In this document: positions 1 to 12,023 of the stretch, piece after piece | How positions within the stretch are numbered: the stretch's first letter is position 1 | Layout: every line of letters begins with the position of its first letter | NCBI RefSeq assembly: GCF_018977255.1 | Contig: NW_024704742.1 | Location: 73,162,001-73,226,000, forward strand | Direction of reading: 5' to 3' | DNA length: 64,000 nucleotides | From: Callorhinchus milii | Lineage: Eukaryota | Notes under the pieces: model-generated | What the model was told of the DNA's origin: nothing | What the model saw: the letters and a program-made list of their open reading frames with translations, nothing else | Database searches by the model: none | Made by a program: the position numbers and the translations under genes

Positions 1-1565
1 GGCTGGTGTTTGGTGGCCTTCGGGCACGTCTGGCCATCCCGAGAGGGAAGGAGATGGCCGGTCCCGGGGCGATGAGCAATGTCACCCCCGTCTCCATTGC
101 ACAACTTCAAGGCGCCTCTCTCTCTCTCTCTCTCTTCTGGGGGAGGAAGGCGTGGAGTAAATGGCTATGGGCATCAGGCTTTGTGCTTCCAGTTGCCTCC
201 GCGCCTGGAGACACCACTGAGAGGTACAGAAGGAGTGAGCGAGCAAACAGGGAACATCAGAGACATGGAGAGCACAAGCAGGAGAAAAACCGTCAGAACA
301 CATCACAACAAGAAGGGCAAAACCAGGAAATGCGTTCAAGACAAGTACATGGGTCTTAAAGCGAATCACTGGGGGACAAAGCGCCAAAGTTAACTGAGAA
401 TAGGAGTAATGGGTACAATATATCCTGTGAAGCATTTTGAGACGTGATAAAGTACTATATCAAGTGTAAGGATTATTATTATTAGAGACTAAAGACACAG
501 GTTTGGGAGGTTTGGCGCTTTTGCAGGTGTCAACCTGGAGCCAAGATTCAAGGTACCACATGTTCAAGGTATCCATCTCACGTTTGAGTTATTTTCATAC
601 ATCAGAAGAATTCCTAGTCTGTTTTGACCATTTCCAGAAAAATGGTTCCAGATTTCATTCACTCTCAGTAGTGGATCAATGAGTTGTTTTCTGAGTGGCA
701 GTTTCACTTTGGGGATGGTTGTTGGAATATAATTTCTTGCAACAAAATGGTGATAAGAATACATAAATCAGTTTGAATATCCTGCCATGCCCACTGAGAA
801 TTACTTCCAAAGAGCAGCGTTGAATGACTTTTGTTCCACAATTTGCAACGGTATCAGCAGTTTGTACAGGTTAGAACTTAAGTGCAATTTGTGTTACATA
901 TTATGTTTGTACAAGCACATTTTTCAATTCATGAAAAATTCTAAATCTATACCTCAGATAGTTATGAAGAGCAAAATATGTCTCCAAAGATTCTATGCTA
1001 TTATGGTTCTAGTAGAGAAAGAATGAACATTAAAGAAATAACAAAGTTTTCTTTTCTCTGCCTCCAGATGAATTAAATGTCTTGTTCCACATTGCTAGTA
1101 GTTGACTGGTCCATTGATCAATCAGCAACATCAGATTTGGAACAGATCCATAAAGGCCAGGAAGCATTTCCTTCCCTTGAGGGATATTTATGTATCAAAC
1201 TATTATTAGTCCACATTCTGTGCTTTAATGCAGAGTAAATTAGCCATGCATTTGGGGAAAAATAACAGGAGTACAATAAAGAATCAGTGATCCTCACTAA
1301 TTGGAACCAATCCTGTTGTGGATACTGAAATGGAAAAACTGCTTGGTTAAAAAAAAATCAGCATTCACAAACTGGCTATGATGCCAATTACATCCGGTCT
1401 CATCCACCCCCCGCATCTCTAACACTGCACAGCATATACTTATCTCACATTGCTGATTTAGTTTAGGTAAACTACAGATCAGGGAATTTTGTGTGCATTT
1501 ATGTTTGGTAGCATTGCATTTCCACATCAGAGCCAAAAGCAGATAATCCATGTTCTACTGCATAC

Positions 1566-2260
1566 AAAATTACATTTGTATACCACCTTTCATGTTGGGA
1601 GGAAGTCCCAAGTCACTGGACAGGCAGGGATTTGGACCTGAGCAGTGGGGTTTGGGTTCAAGGAGGATGAGGGCAGGGAGTATAGCTGAAGGCGCAGTCA
1701 GAGGAAGGTCTTGAGACATGCCTTGAAGATGCAAGGAAGGGAGCAAGGCAAAGGAAATGTGGCAATGGAGTTCCAAAGAGTGGGGCAGAGAAGCTGAAGG
1801 CCCGACCGCCAATGGTTGGGCAGGTCAGGCGGGGGACATGGAGCAGGCCAAAGCCTGCTGAGTGGAGGGAGCGGACTGGTTGATATGGCGTTAGCAGGTC
1901 ACAAAGGTAGGAAGGATTAAGGCTGTGATTGGTCTTGGAAGATGAGGATTTTGAACTCTATCCTCTACGGGATGGGGAGCCAATGGAGCTGGGTGGGGTC
2001 GATAGGGTCACGGAGGCTGGTGTGGGAGAGGACACGAGCTGCAGAGTTCTGGATGATCTGCAGCTTGTGGAGGGAAGAGTTGGAAAGGCCGACAAAACAG
2101 GGAGTTGACGCAGTCGAGCTTAGATGTGATGAATGCGTGGAAAGGGTTCTTGGTGGTCTGAGGTGATAGGTGATAGGCAGTGTCGGCGATGTTGCGAAGG
2201 TGGGGGAAGGCGAGCGGATCAAGGGACAATGTGGGGTAGAAAGGAGTTTTGGACTCGCAT
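1566..2260 (-). mobile_element. L2 LINE 3' fragment
   Basis: LHKLQIIQNSAARVL...LHWLPIP. Ends in the L2 tail TGAAAGGTGGTATACAAATGTAAT. Confidence 0.9.
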
Positions 2261-3794
2261 CTCTTGCATTTGCTGGCATTGTTGGACTCATGCCAATGAA
2301 GCAGTAATATCTGAGACCACTCTTATGGACATCTCTATATAAAGCTATTTTTAATATAACAAAGTGGAGTAACCAAGCCAACTCTAGAATCTGACTGTCC
2401 TGAATCTAGGATCAAAAACACTTACTATGCTGTAATGTCATGTACAAATCACTTCATGGTCTGACACCTCCTTACCTGTCTGATCTGCTTACATCCTTCC
2501 CCCCCAGCCCGCTTCATTCAGCTGGATCAGCCTCCTGCATATGACTCATCCCCGCCACTCCTCCATTGGCAGCTATGCCTTTAGCCATTACTCCCAAATA
2601 TATGGAATTCTGCCTTCATCCCTTCACCTTGGCCATTCCTTACCCATCTTCAGATCGGCTGATCTGAAGACCTTTGATTGTGCCTACGGTCAGCTCCCCA
2701 CTCTCAGCATCAAGCTTAAGAGCTCCACCACTGTTAAGCGCTCTGAGACACTAATAACATAAAGGTGCTTTATAAGTGTATGTTGGTCTTTGGAAAAAAC
2801 AGAATCTGTTTTAAAAGATAAAATGAGGTAAGGAAGTTGGGCATAATTACTGGACAGAATGCAAATTGAAATCATTTGCAAAATGATTTTCCTTATTAAG
2901 AATTCATTCATATTATACATGTATAATATACAATATAGTTAAGTGAATAAATGATGTATTCCACCTGGTTTGACTGCTCCTGAAATACTAGTTGCCCTTT
3001 GTATGTCTTTCCTCATTTTGGAGCAAGTTTTAGCATTTGGGGCATTCAAATTCTGATATGCTAGGATTTAGAAAGAGCACTGGGAGTGCAACCCTTAGTC
3101 TTGATCTATTCTTCCTTACATCCTGTGATTGTTTCTATAAAACAAATGAAACCTTGAACAATGTCTTTAATGTCTCATCAAAGGGACTGCAACTCTAGGA
3201 ATGCAGCATAGCAACTGAAACTCACCGCGGTGAATGATCTCCAGGCCCCAGGTTACACTCCAGCAATCAACACGGATTCTCAGCAATATCATGGTTTGTG
3301 TTGTCCTTCACACCACTATGAGGTGCCCCTCAGTCAGTCATCCTCTCTCAAGACTGCATGGCCCTAGCTTGCCTAAGCGTCGCTCAATTGATTTCTGTAA
3401 TACTGAGGATAATCCTCATTGCTCTCCTCTGCCCTGGCTCCAGGGGTTGGCCAGTCTAGTCTCCTTGTCATGATGACTGGAACTGTACACAGTATTCAAA
3501 GTGCAGTCTGACCAGAGCACTATACAGTCTCATTATGACCTCAGGGGATCTGATCTCAACTATTTAGCAGTACAACCGAGGATTTTGTTGACCTCATTTT
3601 TTGCTGCCTCACTGTTTTGACATAGTGAGCGATGAGTTCATTAACACTCCGAGATCTTTCAGCTTCCCCTTGGTAAATTTGCCAAATTGAGTATTAAAAC
3701 AAAATGAGCTCTAAGTGATGTATAGGAACGCTAGGACGATATTTCGATTTAAATTGTCTCATCGTATAGGTTCAATAACAGATTAAAAGTCACA

Positions 3795-4148
3795 GAGTCC
3801 TGTAGCTCAGGTGTTAGAGAGCACTCGCCTCGCAAACAAGAGACCTGGGTTTGATTCCCGGCAGGGCAAAACCTTGGGCAGGTTTCCTTACTCCACATGC
3901 CTGTTTACCTAGCAGTAAGTAGGACCTGGTGGATTGCTTTTTTGAGGGTAATAATTCCTTCAAAAGATTTTTTTAAAATAATAATAAATTGGTCACTCAC
4001 CGTTTGTGGGACACTGCTGTGTGCAATAGGCTGCCGCGTTTTGACCACAAAATATAGTCAATTCATTTTACAGTATATTCTGTGAAGCGCTTTGAGCTGT
4101 CTCGAAGACGTCATAAGGCGCTATATCAAATGCAAGGATTATTATTGT
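3795..4148 (+). mobile_element. tRNA-derived SINE, full-length copy
   Basis: A box TAGCTCAG and B box GGGTTTGATTCC, CORE-like ACCTTGGGCAGGTTTCCTTAC, Deu/L2-like 3' part, (ATT)n tail. Confidence 0.9.
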
Positions 4149-4653
4149 TGAACGCGGTTACACTTACTATATTTCATGATATATACTACATAACTAGCAT
4201 ATATTTCTGTTTAATGAAGTCTCATCACTGGCACCTCACTTAACCTCTTTACAAAAAAGTAGTCCTATGGCAAAGTTTTATAGAACGATTTAAAGGTGAT
4301 GCATCACATTTAAAATGTACTTGCAAGTTAGCATGCAATACTTTAAAAAAATACATTTAGAACTGCAATTTCCCCACCCTCATCCATTTTAAATAAGCGG
4401 GGTCTCCTTGGAGCTGAACTGGCTCCAAGGTGACACGCCTGGCAACAGAATGTCAAAATCGAGTCAGCCCTCTGAAGCGGTCTCACAAGTCCAGTTCCTA
4501 AACCCGTTGAGTCCACAGTATTTCAGTGTACTACTGATGACAACACAGTTAGCCTGGCTCAATGGTAGGACCTGAAAGGGCAGACTAGTCACTGGAGGCA
4601 GGGAATCATACCACTCAGTTCCTGTTAACCCTGCAAGCCAAACCCTAACAAGT

Positions 4654-4760
4654 AGATCATAGACCTGAAACGTTAACACATTTTCCTCTCTCTATGGATG
4701 CCTCCTGACCTGCTGAGTGTTCCCAGCGACTTCTGTGTTTATACCAGATTTCCACCATTT
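4654..4760 (+). mobile_element. Probable Penelope-like element terminal-repeat fragment
   Basis: AGACCTGAAACGTTAAC...GATGCCTCCTGACCTGCTGAGTGTTCCCAGC resembles a common shark Penelope-type repeat as recalled. Not verified by search. Confidence 0.5.
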
Positions 4761-6974
4761 GAGGAACTTTGCCTTTGCCTTTGCCTTTGTTCAAAATAGT
4801 CAATTCACTTGACAGTATATTTTGTGAAGTGCTTTGAGACATCGTGAAGACATGATAAGGCGCTATATCAAATGCAAGGATTATAATTATAAGAGTGATA
4901 AAGGTTAATGGGATCATTGGCTCCGAATAGCAGAGAGAAAAAAAATCCTCTTTTCAAATAGTGAAGAAACACAGTGAGCCAGAGTACGGATTCCACTGTC
5001 TTAACAAGTATTTTTAGAATGCTCTACATGTCATTTTTCAGCTGCAAAGGCCCACTATTGATGTAATGTTGTATAAGGTGAGCAGCATGCATAACTCAAA
5101 TTATTCCACTTCAAACAAATCACTTCACTATTTAGGGAATCCTGGTGTAAACCTACATCGAAACCAGTCATCATGCTTTTCTAAAAACAGGAAGCTTGAA
5201 TGTAATGAAAATTAAAGAACAATTTCGCTCATCATTTCTAGAACCAGAATTTAGGACTTTTTTTTTATTAAACTTTTCTCACTTTTTTCAGGAAATAATT
5301 TAAACTGAGGAAGGAAAGTCAAGAATCAAATGCATAATTGTGTGGTTGATAGTAAAACTATTACAATTGCAGTTCCTAAATCAGGTATATGAAGTGCAAT
5401 TTGCAAAGAAAATATCTGTAATGCCCAATTGCATTGATATTGCTGCTTTATGCACACCAATTAGAAATGATTATCTAATTCTACAGCTTAGCCAATAATT
5501 CTGTGCTAAATTAACCAAAGAGGTTTCCTTCAAAGCACTTATATTCAGATATAATTGACCAATCCAGTCTCGTTTCAATTAGGCTGCTAGTCTGCATTAT
5601 ACCTAGCACAGCCATTCAAATTTTACAACATCATAAAAAGAGCAATCTATCTAAGGTCTGCTTTACTACAAATATATTCCTCTAAGCTTCAACACAGTTA
5701 TATCATACCCTGCAGGGGATTTAAGAGAAAACTTCAAATCCAGGTAAAAATTGCTATTTCTTATCACAAGAGATGGCTTTCAGCACATCATTCATCAATT
5801 TCTTATAACTCTAGTTTACAAAACTCAACCACCCTTTCAGGTGACTCGTATCCTGTAATTAATGAAGTACCTCTTAATGGTCTGACTTTGTCGTCTTGCT
5901 GCTTTGGTATATTTGAAAGCACCATTAGGTGTCAGATTTCTCATTAAACATCTTTTGATTGTTTTTGAAGAGGCACAGCTTATCTAATGACTCATTCCTC
6001 TAACTGTGGGAGATTAGTCTACTTCCTTCCCTATGTACTGCTGCTAAGATCATAGAGCTTTGAAGACAAACCATTATTATTAGACTTCCATTTCCAGCAA
6101 ACCAACTTTTTTGTCCTCCAAATCATCCAGGTCTCTACCATGCATCCTGGTAATCTGTTCCAGCTGTTGAGGGCCTGAGTTCCCTCAATTTTATGCAGTA
6201 CTCCAGATGTATCCTGATCAATTTGATAAGGACCTCCAAGATTTCAGGATGGGGGTAGGAATTCAGAATACAAAACTGCAGTAAATGTAGTCGAAAACCC
6301 CAATCACCGCCTTTTCCACCTCATGTAGACTTGGTGAGAAAGTAACACTTGTAAAAGTTTCAATTCTCTCTTTGAAAAGTTCTATCCTACCTATGCATTA
6401 AACATGGCCACTACTTAAATAACTACCACCCGCATTTACATCAGACAGGATAGCGACTTGCAGCGCTCAACAGTGGCTGCACTCAACAAGCATGGGAGAG
6501 GTGTCCGTAGGCACTTGTACTTTATGCAGAATAGGTTTATACAATCATTTCTCATAGCTCATCCCTCAGGATCGAGGCAGTCCCTAAATTCTACTGTAAA
6601 CCTCATGTAAACAATATTTCAGGACTTTGGATTTAATAATGTGGCCATCAAATTACTTGCCTGTTTAATTATTGCTTTACCATTTGAATGGTGAGTTGAG
6701 TCAAATAGCAACACCCCTCAACCTTCCAACTCATCACGGATCAGGACTACCTTAGAAAGGCCATAAACTTTACATAAGACAACTTATAAACTGGCCTGTG
6801 GTCATCTTCCCTTCCATTGGTAAAATAATACCAGCCTTTCACCAATTCAAGGATTTATCAATAAAGGCAAACCTTTCATTATCTATAGCAACCAACTTTA
6901 ACTGATACAAGCAGAAGGAAACTATAAAAGGAGAAAGTTGTGTGGTGCACAAGTTCAGGATCCAAGACACTTTC

Positions 6975-7291
6975 GTGGAGTCCTGTAGCTCAGTGGTTAG
7001 AGCACTCGCTTTGCAAGTGAGAGACCTGAGTTCAATTCCAGGCAGGGCGAAACCTTGGGCAAGTTTCCTTACTCCACACAGAGCCTAATAATAATCCCTC
7101 CAAAACAATAATAAATTGGTCATTTTCAATCTACGACTGTTTGTGGGACATTGCTGTGCGCAATTGGCTGCCGCGTTTGCCCACAAATATACAGTCAATT
7201 CACTTTACAATGTGTTCTGTGAAGCGCTTTGGGACGTCCTCCCGACGTAAAAAGCGCTATATCAAATGCAAGGATTATTATTATTATTACT
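6975..7291 (+). mobile_element. tRNA-derived SINE, full-length copy
   Basis: GTGGAGTCCTGTAGCTCAGTGGTTAGAGC head, B box GAGTTCAATTCC, (ATT)n tail. Candidate TSD ACTTTC at 6969-6974 and 7292-7297. Confidence 0.92.
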
Positions 7292-8279
7292 ACTTTCCAC
7301 TACATCAAAGACACCTCTGCCAAAACATTAAGTGAATACTGTGGCATAGTAACAAGGAATCATTTGGTTTGGAATGTCATAATTCTCAAATGCCACATTC
7401 TCAAATGCTTTGAAGATAATCAAATGATGTTCCCCTCACTAAAAGATCATAAAGGTATTAAACTACTCTAAGCTATAAATTCAGTTGATCTATAAGCCTT
7501 GGGCTGAATTGTGGTATTGCCCAAGTTTACATAATATATTCTAATCTCTATATCCAAAATACAACTCAGTTTTTCAACCTCTCGATAAAACTTCTGAGAA
7601 TTATATAAGGTTTAGAAGTGATGGTTTGCAAATTCTACATACGAATTGTAAATTTTAATATACCAAAAGGTCTACATGCAAACAGCATACCACACTTTGA
7701 AATGGTTAATACAAATTGAATCAAATATTCATGTTCTTTTTCTATCCATTTAAAAATAAGCTACTTCTTCAGTTAAGAAAATTCAGCTCAAGTACATTTT
7801 CAGACTTCCAATAACTGAATTAACATTTAAAAGAAGCAGTGGAAAAAACAAGCTATTGTGGAATCCAGTGACAATCCCACCAACAGTAGCTTAAAGCAGC
7901 AACAGCAGTTTACATCCCACAAATAAATTTAAATACTACAAGCTCCACTCCTTCTTCCAACCAAAATATCTGTAAATTTAAATCTTCCACTGATCTGTTT
8001 CCGGAACTGCATTTTTAGTTTCCATTTGAAATCAAATGTTACTACACATAGTGATTACTTGATCCAGAACAATATATTTTAAGAACCAAAATACATCATT
8101 AAGGCATTTTAAAACTACCAGCTATAAGTTAGGCAAATAATTTCAATTTGTACCATTAAACCGTTCTGAATGGCTCCATTCTAATTTTTACAATGCTTCA
8201 GACTAGACATCGAGATAGTTATTTCAATATAATTGTTCTTTCAAAGAAATCAAGTTGTACTGTATTCATTCAGGCTGCT

Positions 8280-9080
8280 CAAAACTGGTTTATGCAACTT
8301 TATTAAGGAAAAACACAATGACGATGAGCTATTAGTTGATCAGTCTACCACCAACAGATTTGAATCATAATTCAGTGCCATGTAAAACAGTGCCGTGGAA
8401 AACAGATTAACTAATAGTTCTATTTTTTAAAAAAAGCATTACTTTAAGTGAAATTTACAAAATTATCTGACCTAGTTTTCTGGGAGAGGAAGGAAGATTG
8501 AGACAGTAAGTTCCACTTCTGTTTTGTGTAGAACCAACAAAAACCTTCAGTCACTCCTTTTATTAACATGCATAAAATACAGCATATATTTTAATTAATG
8601 CCGATACTATAACATTCAGCCAATCACAACCAATAACAAAGTTATGAGCATAAAGTAAATCATGGAAACTAAAATTTTATTTATCAAGGGAAAATGAAAG
8701 AAGCTGTACCAACACCACACCAATCTTTTAAGGATGGAGCTTAACTGCTGACGCATCCAATTTCATGTAAAAATCAGCACGTTGTTACAGCAATGAGGAA
8801 TGCATCATAACCAAGTTATTATGAGGGTACTGGCTACTTAACACATGCTCCATTTATAAAAGGTCAGAATTTCAGATGATTGATGAAACTACATTAGAAA
8901 TTCAGAAAGCTGGTCTTGTCCAAGCAGAAGTACATTGCCTTCTCATGAGAACATGTGGATTGGGAGTGGAGGGGGAAGGGGGCAAATATGTCTTACAAGG
9001 GGGCAGCCAAATAGGAAAACCAGAGAAAATCAGTAATTTAAACTTTATTCCAGCTATAATGTATTTCAAATTCCAAGGTA
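8280..9080 (-). other. UBE2D3: UBE2D3 3'UTR with several AATAAA signals (may extend to ~7650)
   Basis: Repeat-free AT-rich sequence after the stop codon. AATAAA on the minus strand at 9044-9049, 8676-8681, 8559-8564 and 8299-8304. Confidence 0.75.
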
Positions 9081-9126
9081 TCACATTGCATACTTCTGAG
9101 TCCATTCCCGGGCTATTCTGTTGTAC
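9081..9126 (-). CDS. UBE2D3: UBE2D3 canonical final coding exon 7b (K-YNRIAREWTQKYAM*)
   Basis: Acceptor cttctgttgcag. 46 nt to TGA completes a 444-nt ORF (147 aa). Confidence 0.97.
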
Positions 9127-10179
9127 CTGCAACAGAAGATAAAAGGAGTCATTAAAATTTGGTCACTTCAATTCAACCTTTTAAATATCTGAGATGAACA
9201 AAACTCAAAATGAACACAGGAATGATAGCAAACGCAATAGCACATTCAAGTGTCACTAAATGGTACCAGAGTTGACTTTGCAATCACAATTATCCATCTT
9301 AGCTGTATTGCAATAGCAATGGTGAGATAGTGTACATAAGCATCAACTAACTGGAGTGCATCATATTTCCCTAGACAAAGCAGATGGGGAGTAGGGAAAG
9401 ATCACCAGGCATAACTACACCTAAAATAAAACCTCACTGGGGACAAGTGGAAGTGAAAAACCCCAACCAGAGAGTAGGTTCAAAGCAATTTAAAATCAAT
9501 TAAAGCTTAACAATCAGTCACACTCAATTACAAGATGCAAAAATGTTTTGTGAAGTCAATCATGAAACCACCTGTAGCTTTCACCACAAAATTAGAGAAA
9601 ACAAATCTTTGAACTTGCCTACATTACACACAATAGAGTGGATCACCTTGTTCACAAATCTTCCCAATGTCATAAAAATTTTACAGCACAGAAGGTCCCT
9701 TGTGTCACGTTCTCATATCAATTTCAGAAAAGGGGACAGGCAATGTTTTTTAAAAAACAATATCCAGCTGTCTACACAGTCAATTTTAGTAAACACTTCA
9801 TCTTCTACTTATTTAATAGAGCAGGGACAAGCAACATTACTGGAAGGTAATTGCTGTAGTGTAATCAAATTCTATTGTTCCAGATGCCATGGGTTCTAAA
9901 GATCAAAAAGTACATGAAATGGTACACAGTTCAAAAAAGTGATTTGGCTTTAAAACCCATTCTACAATACCCCATTGCAATATGAGTAAAGACACCTACA
10001 TGACAGCACTGAGTCTTATAAATTAGGTGGTCAGTGTAACAACCAGTCTGTGCTGAGTTAGCATCCAGCTCTGCTATTACAATTGGCTTCACCATCTCTG
10101 CAGGGTGGTGGTGGGGGGAAAAAAGGGAGGGAATATTCTTAATTATTAAACATCCTACCGGAGGGTGCTTGTATAATGC

Positions 10180-10229
10180 AATGTTAAATCAGTTTAAACT
10201 ACAGGGGTAGTTTAAATTGATTTAACATT
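10180..10229. repeat. 23-bp inverted repeat, 4-nt loop
   Basis: AATGTTAAATCAGTTTAAACTAC-aggg-GTAGTTTAAATTGATTTAACATT, one G.T mismatch. Confidence 0.9.
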
Positions 10230-11304
10230 ATATTCCACAGATCAAGCATTCAGATCGCAAAAACAAAATGCCAAGTTAAAAACAACCATAGCAACACAAC
10301 ATGGAAATTGCTACAACTACTAGTACAATTGGCAATTCATGTCACTCCATTCATAAGTTACTAAGTTTGTTCAATTCAATGTTAAATTGAACTATGTAAA
10401 CAAAATAGCAAATATGCAAAATAAATAATCCCCAACTATTACTTATGCTATACCATCAGTTCTAAATGTATAAGCATCACACTGGAGTTCATAGTATCCT
10501 ACATCACTTTGCAGATTTTACATCTCATTGCAAACTTGAAATAAACTGACTGAAACAAAAGCTTTAGTTTTGCACAATTTCTGTGTTTCTACTCTGCATT
10601 ATACAAATAATTATTGAGACCGAAAAAAAGAGGGAAACAAAATTAAAGGCAGGAGAGGACTTTTTAAAAAGAATGCATTAAGAAAAATATATTCTGTACA
10701 TCAAGCCTGCCTCTTTCAGACCTACAAACTCTACTCCATCTTGATTTCACTCCACCCCAATAAGTGAGGAAAATATACTCCCCAAATCTCAAAGGTAATG
10801 AAATTTAAAACCTCCAGAATATTGTCCAATGCCCAATATTCAACCGTGGCAACATTACCCACTACCCCACCCCAACATAATTCATGTTGCTCCTGGAGTT
10901 GTCATTTTATCTTGCAACTATCTTTATATTCAACACTCTTCACAAGGAGTTAAAACTGTATCCGTTCCTTTTTTGTTGGAAGTCTTGTGACATATCTTCC
11001 TTAATTAGGAACAAGGGGGAGAAGGTAAGAAAATAAATGCAAAGCAATTTATAAACAAGTATTTTAACAACCAGTAAGGCATGCCTTACTGTCAGCAAGG
11101 GGAAAACATGGCAGAAACTAAACAGCATTGCAGAATTCATCATAAGCTCAAACATTCAACTTTATTTTGACAATTACATGCACACGTAAAAGATCTTCAC
11201 AGCTAAGAAATTAAACTGCCCTTGGCAGAATGAGCATGGCACCACATATTTAGCTCCTTAGGATTCTATACTTCATTTCCTAGAGTAGCATACTTTTAGA
11301 ATTT

Positions 11305-11690
11305 ATTTCAACAACAAATTACATTTGTATGGCGCCTTTCATGTTGGGAGGATATCCCAAGGCTCTGGACAGTCAGGGATTTGGACCAGAGCAGAGGCTT
11401 GGGATCAGGAGGGCTGCAGGGCAGGAGCTGTAGGGTGGCAAAGAGGAGGGTCTTGAGAGGCTGAAGGTCCGACCGCCGATGGTGGGGCAGGCCAGGCAGA
11501 GGACGTGGAGCAGGCCAGAGCCCGCTGAATGGAGGGAGCGGACAGGTTGATATGGAGTTAGCAGGTCATAGAGGTAGGAAGGAGCAAGGCAGTGGAGGGC
11601 TTTGAAGGAGAGGATGAGGATTTTGAACTCTATCCTCTCGGATATGGGGAGCCAGTTGAGGGTGATAGGGTCACAGAGCCCAGTGCGGGA
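11305..11690 (-). mobile_element. L2 LINE 3' fragment
   Basis: WLPISERIEFKILILSFKALHCLAPSYL. L2 tail ending in (TTG)n. Confidence 0.9.
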
Positions 11691-11974
11691 TAAATTGTTC
11701 AATCGAATAGAGTTCAAAAGAATCAAGATAGCTTAGTATTCTAGTATGGTAGTAGTTAATATTTTAACATGCACAGATCGAACATTTTCACCCCAAAGCA
11801 TCACTCGAAGTCCAAGAAAAAGCTTGTGAACACTTATTCTCACTCCTTCCCCGAGACATGCGCCCACTGGTTAGCTCAGACCCAATTATTCTGTACATCA
11901 TGCAGCACAGGGTTTAGTACAAAGTATTGCTTTTTGTGCATTAAACCTCAAGGTGCAAGCACCTTACCCAGGGC

Positions 11975-12023
11975 CTAGAGCATTGCATACTTCTCTGTCC
12001 ACTCCCTTGCTAGCCTGTTATAC
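11975..12023 (-). CDS. UBE2D3: UBE2D3 alternative final coding exon 7a (K-YNRLAREWTEKYAML*), 148-aa isoform
   Basis: Acceptor ctttaatag with a CTGAC branch-like motif upstream. Same phase as exon 7b, ends in TAG, with a gtaagg donor 7 nt after the stop. Matches the known alternative C-terminus of vertebrate UBE2D3 as recalled. Confidence 0.9.

Noticed and set aside
1..435. Three overlapping ~110-aa ORFs, or a first exon of a neighbouring gene such as MANBA
   Set aside because: No recognisable protein similarity, signal peptide or splice donor; more likely part of a repeat cut by the window edge.
4530..4590. CTGATGA...GAAA as a hammerhead ribozyme in family X
   Set aside because: No stem II can be formed, and GAAA is not conserved in the other copies.
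6975..7050. tRNA-Ala-like cloverleaf (also at 3795, 21456, 41320 and 60770)
   Set aside because: Each is joined to a SINE body and tail and has imperfect stems, so these are SINE heads rather than tRNA genes.
11280..11300. AAGTATGCTACTCTAG resembling the end of exon 7a (a third exon copy?)
   Set aside because: Only ~16 nt of similarity, with no matching upstream codons or acceptor; likely chance.
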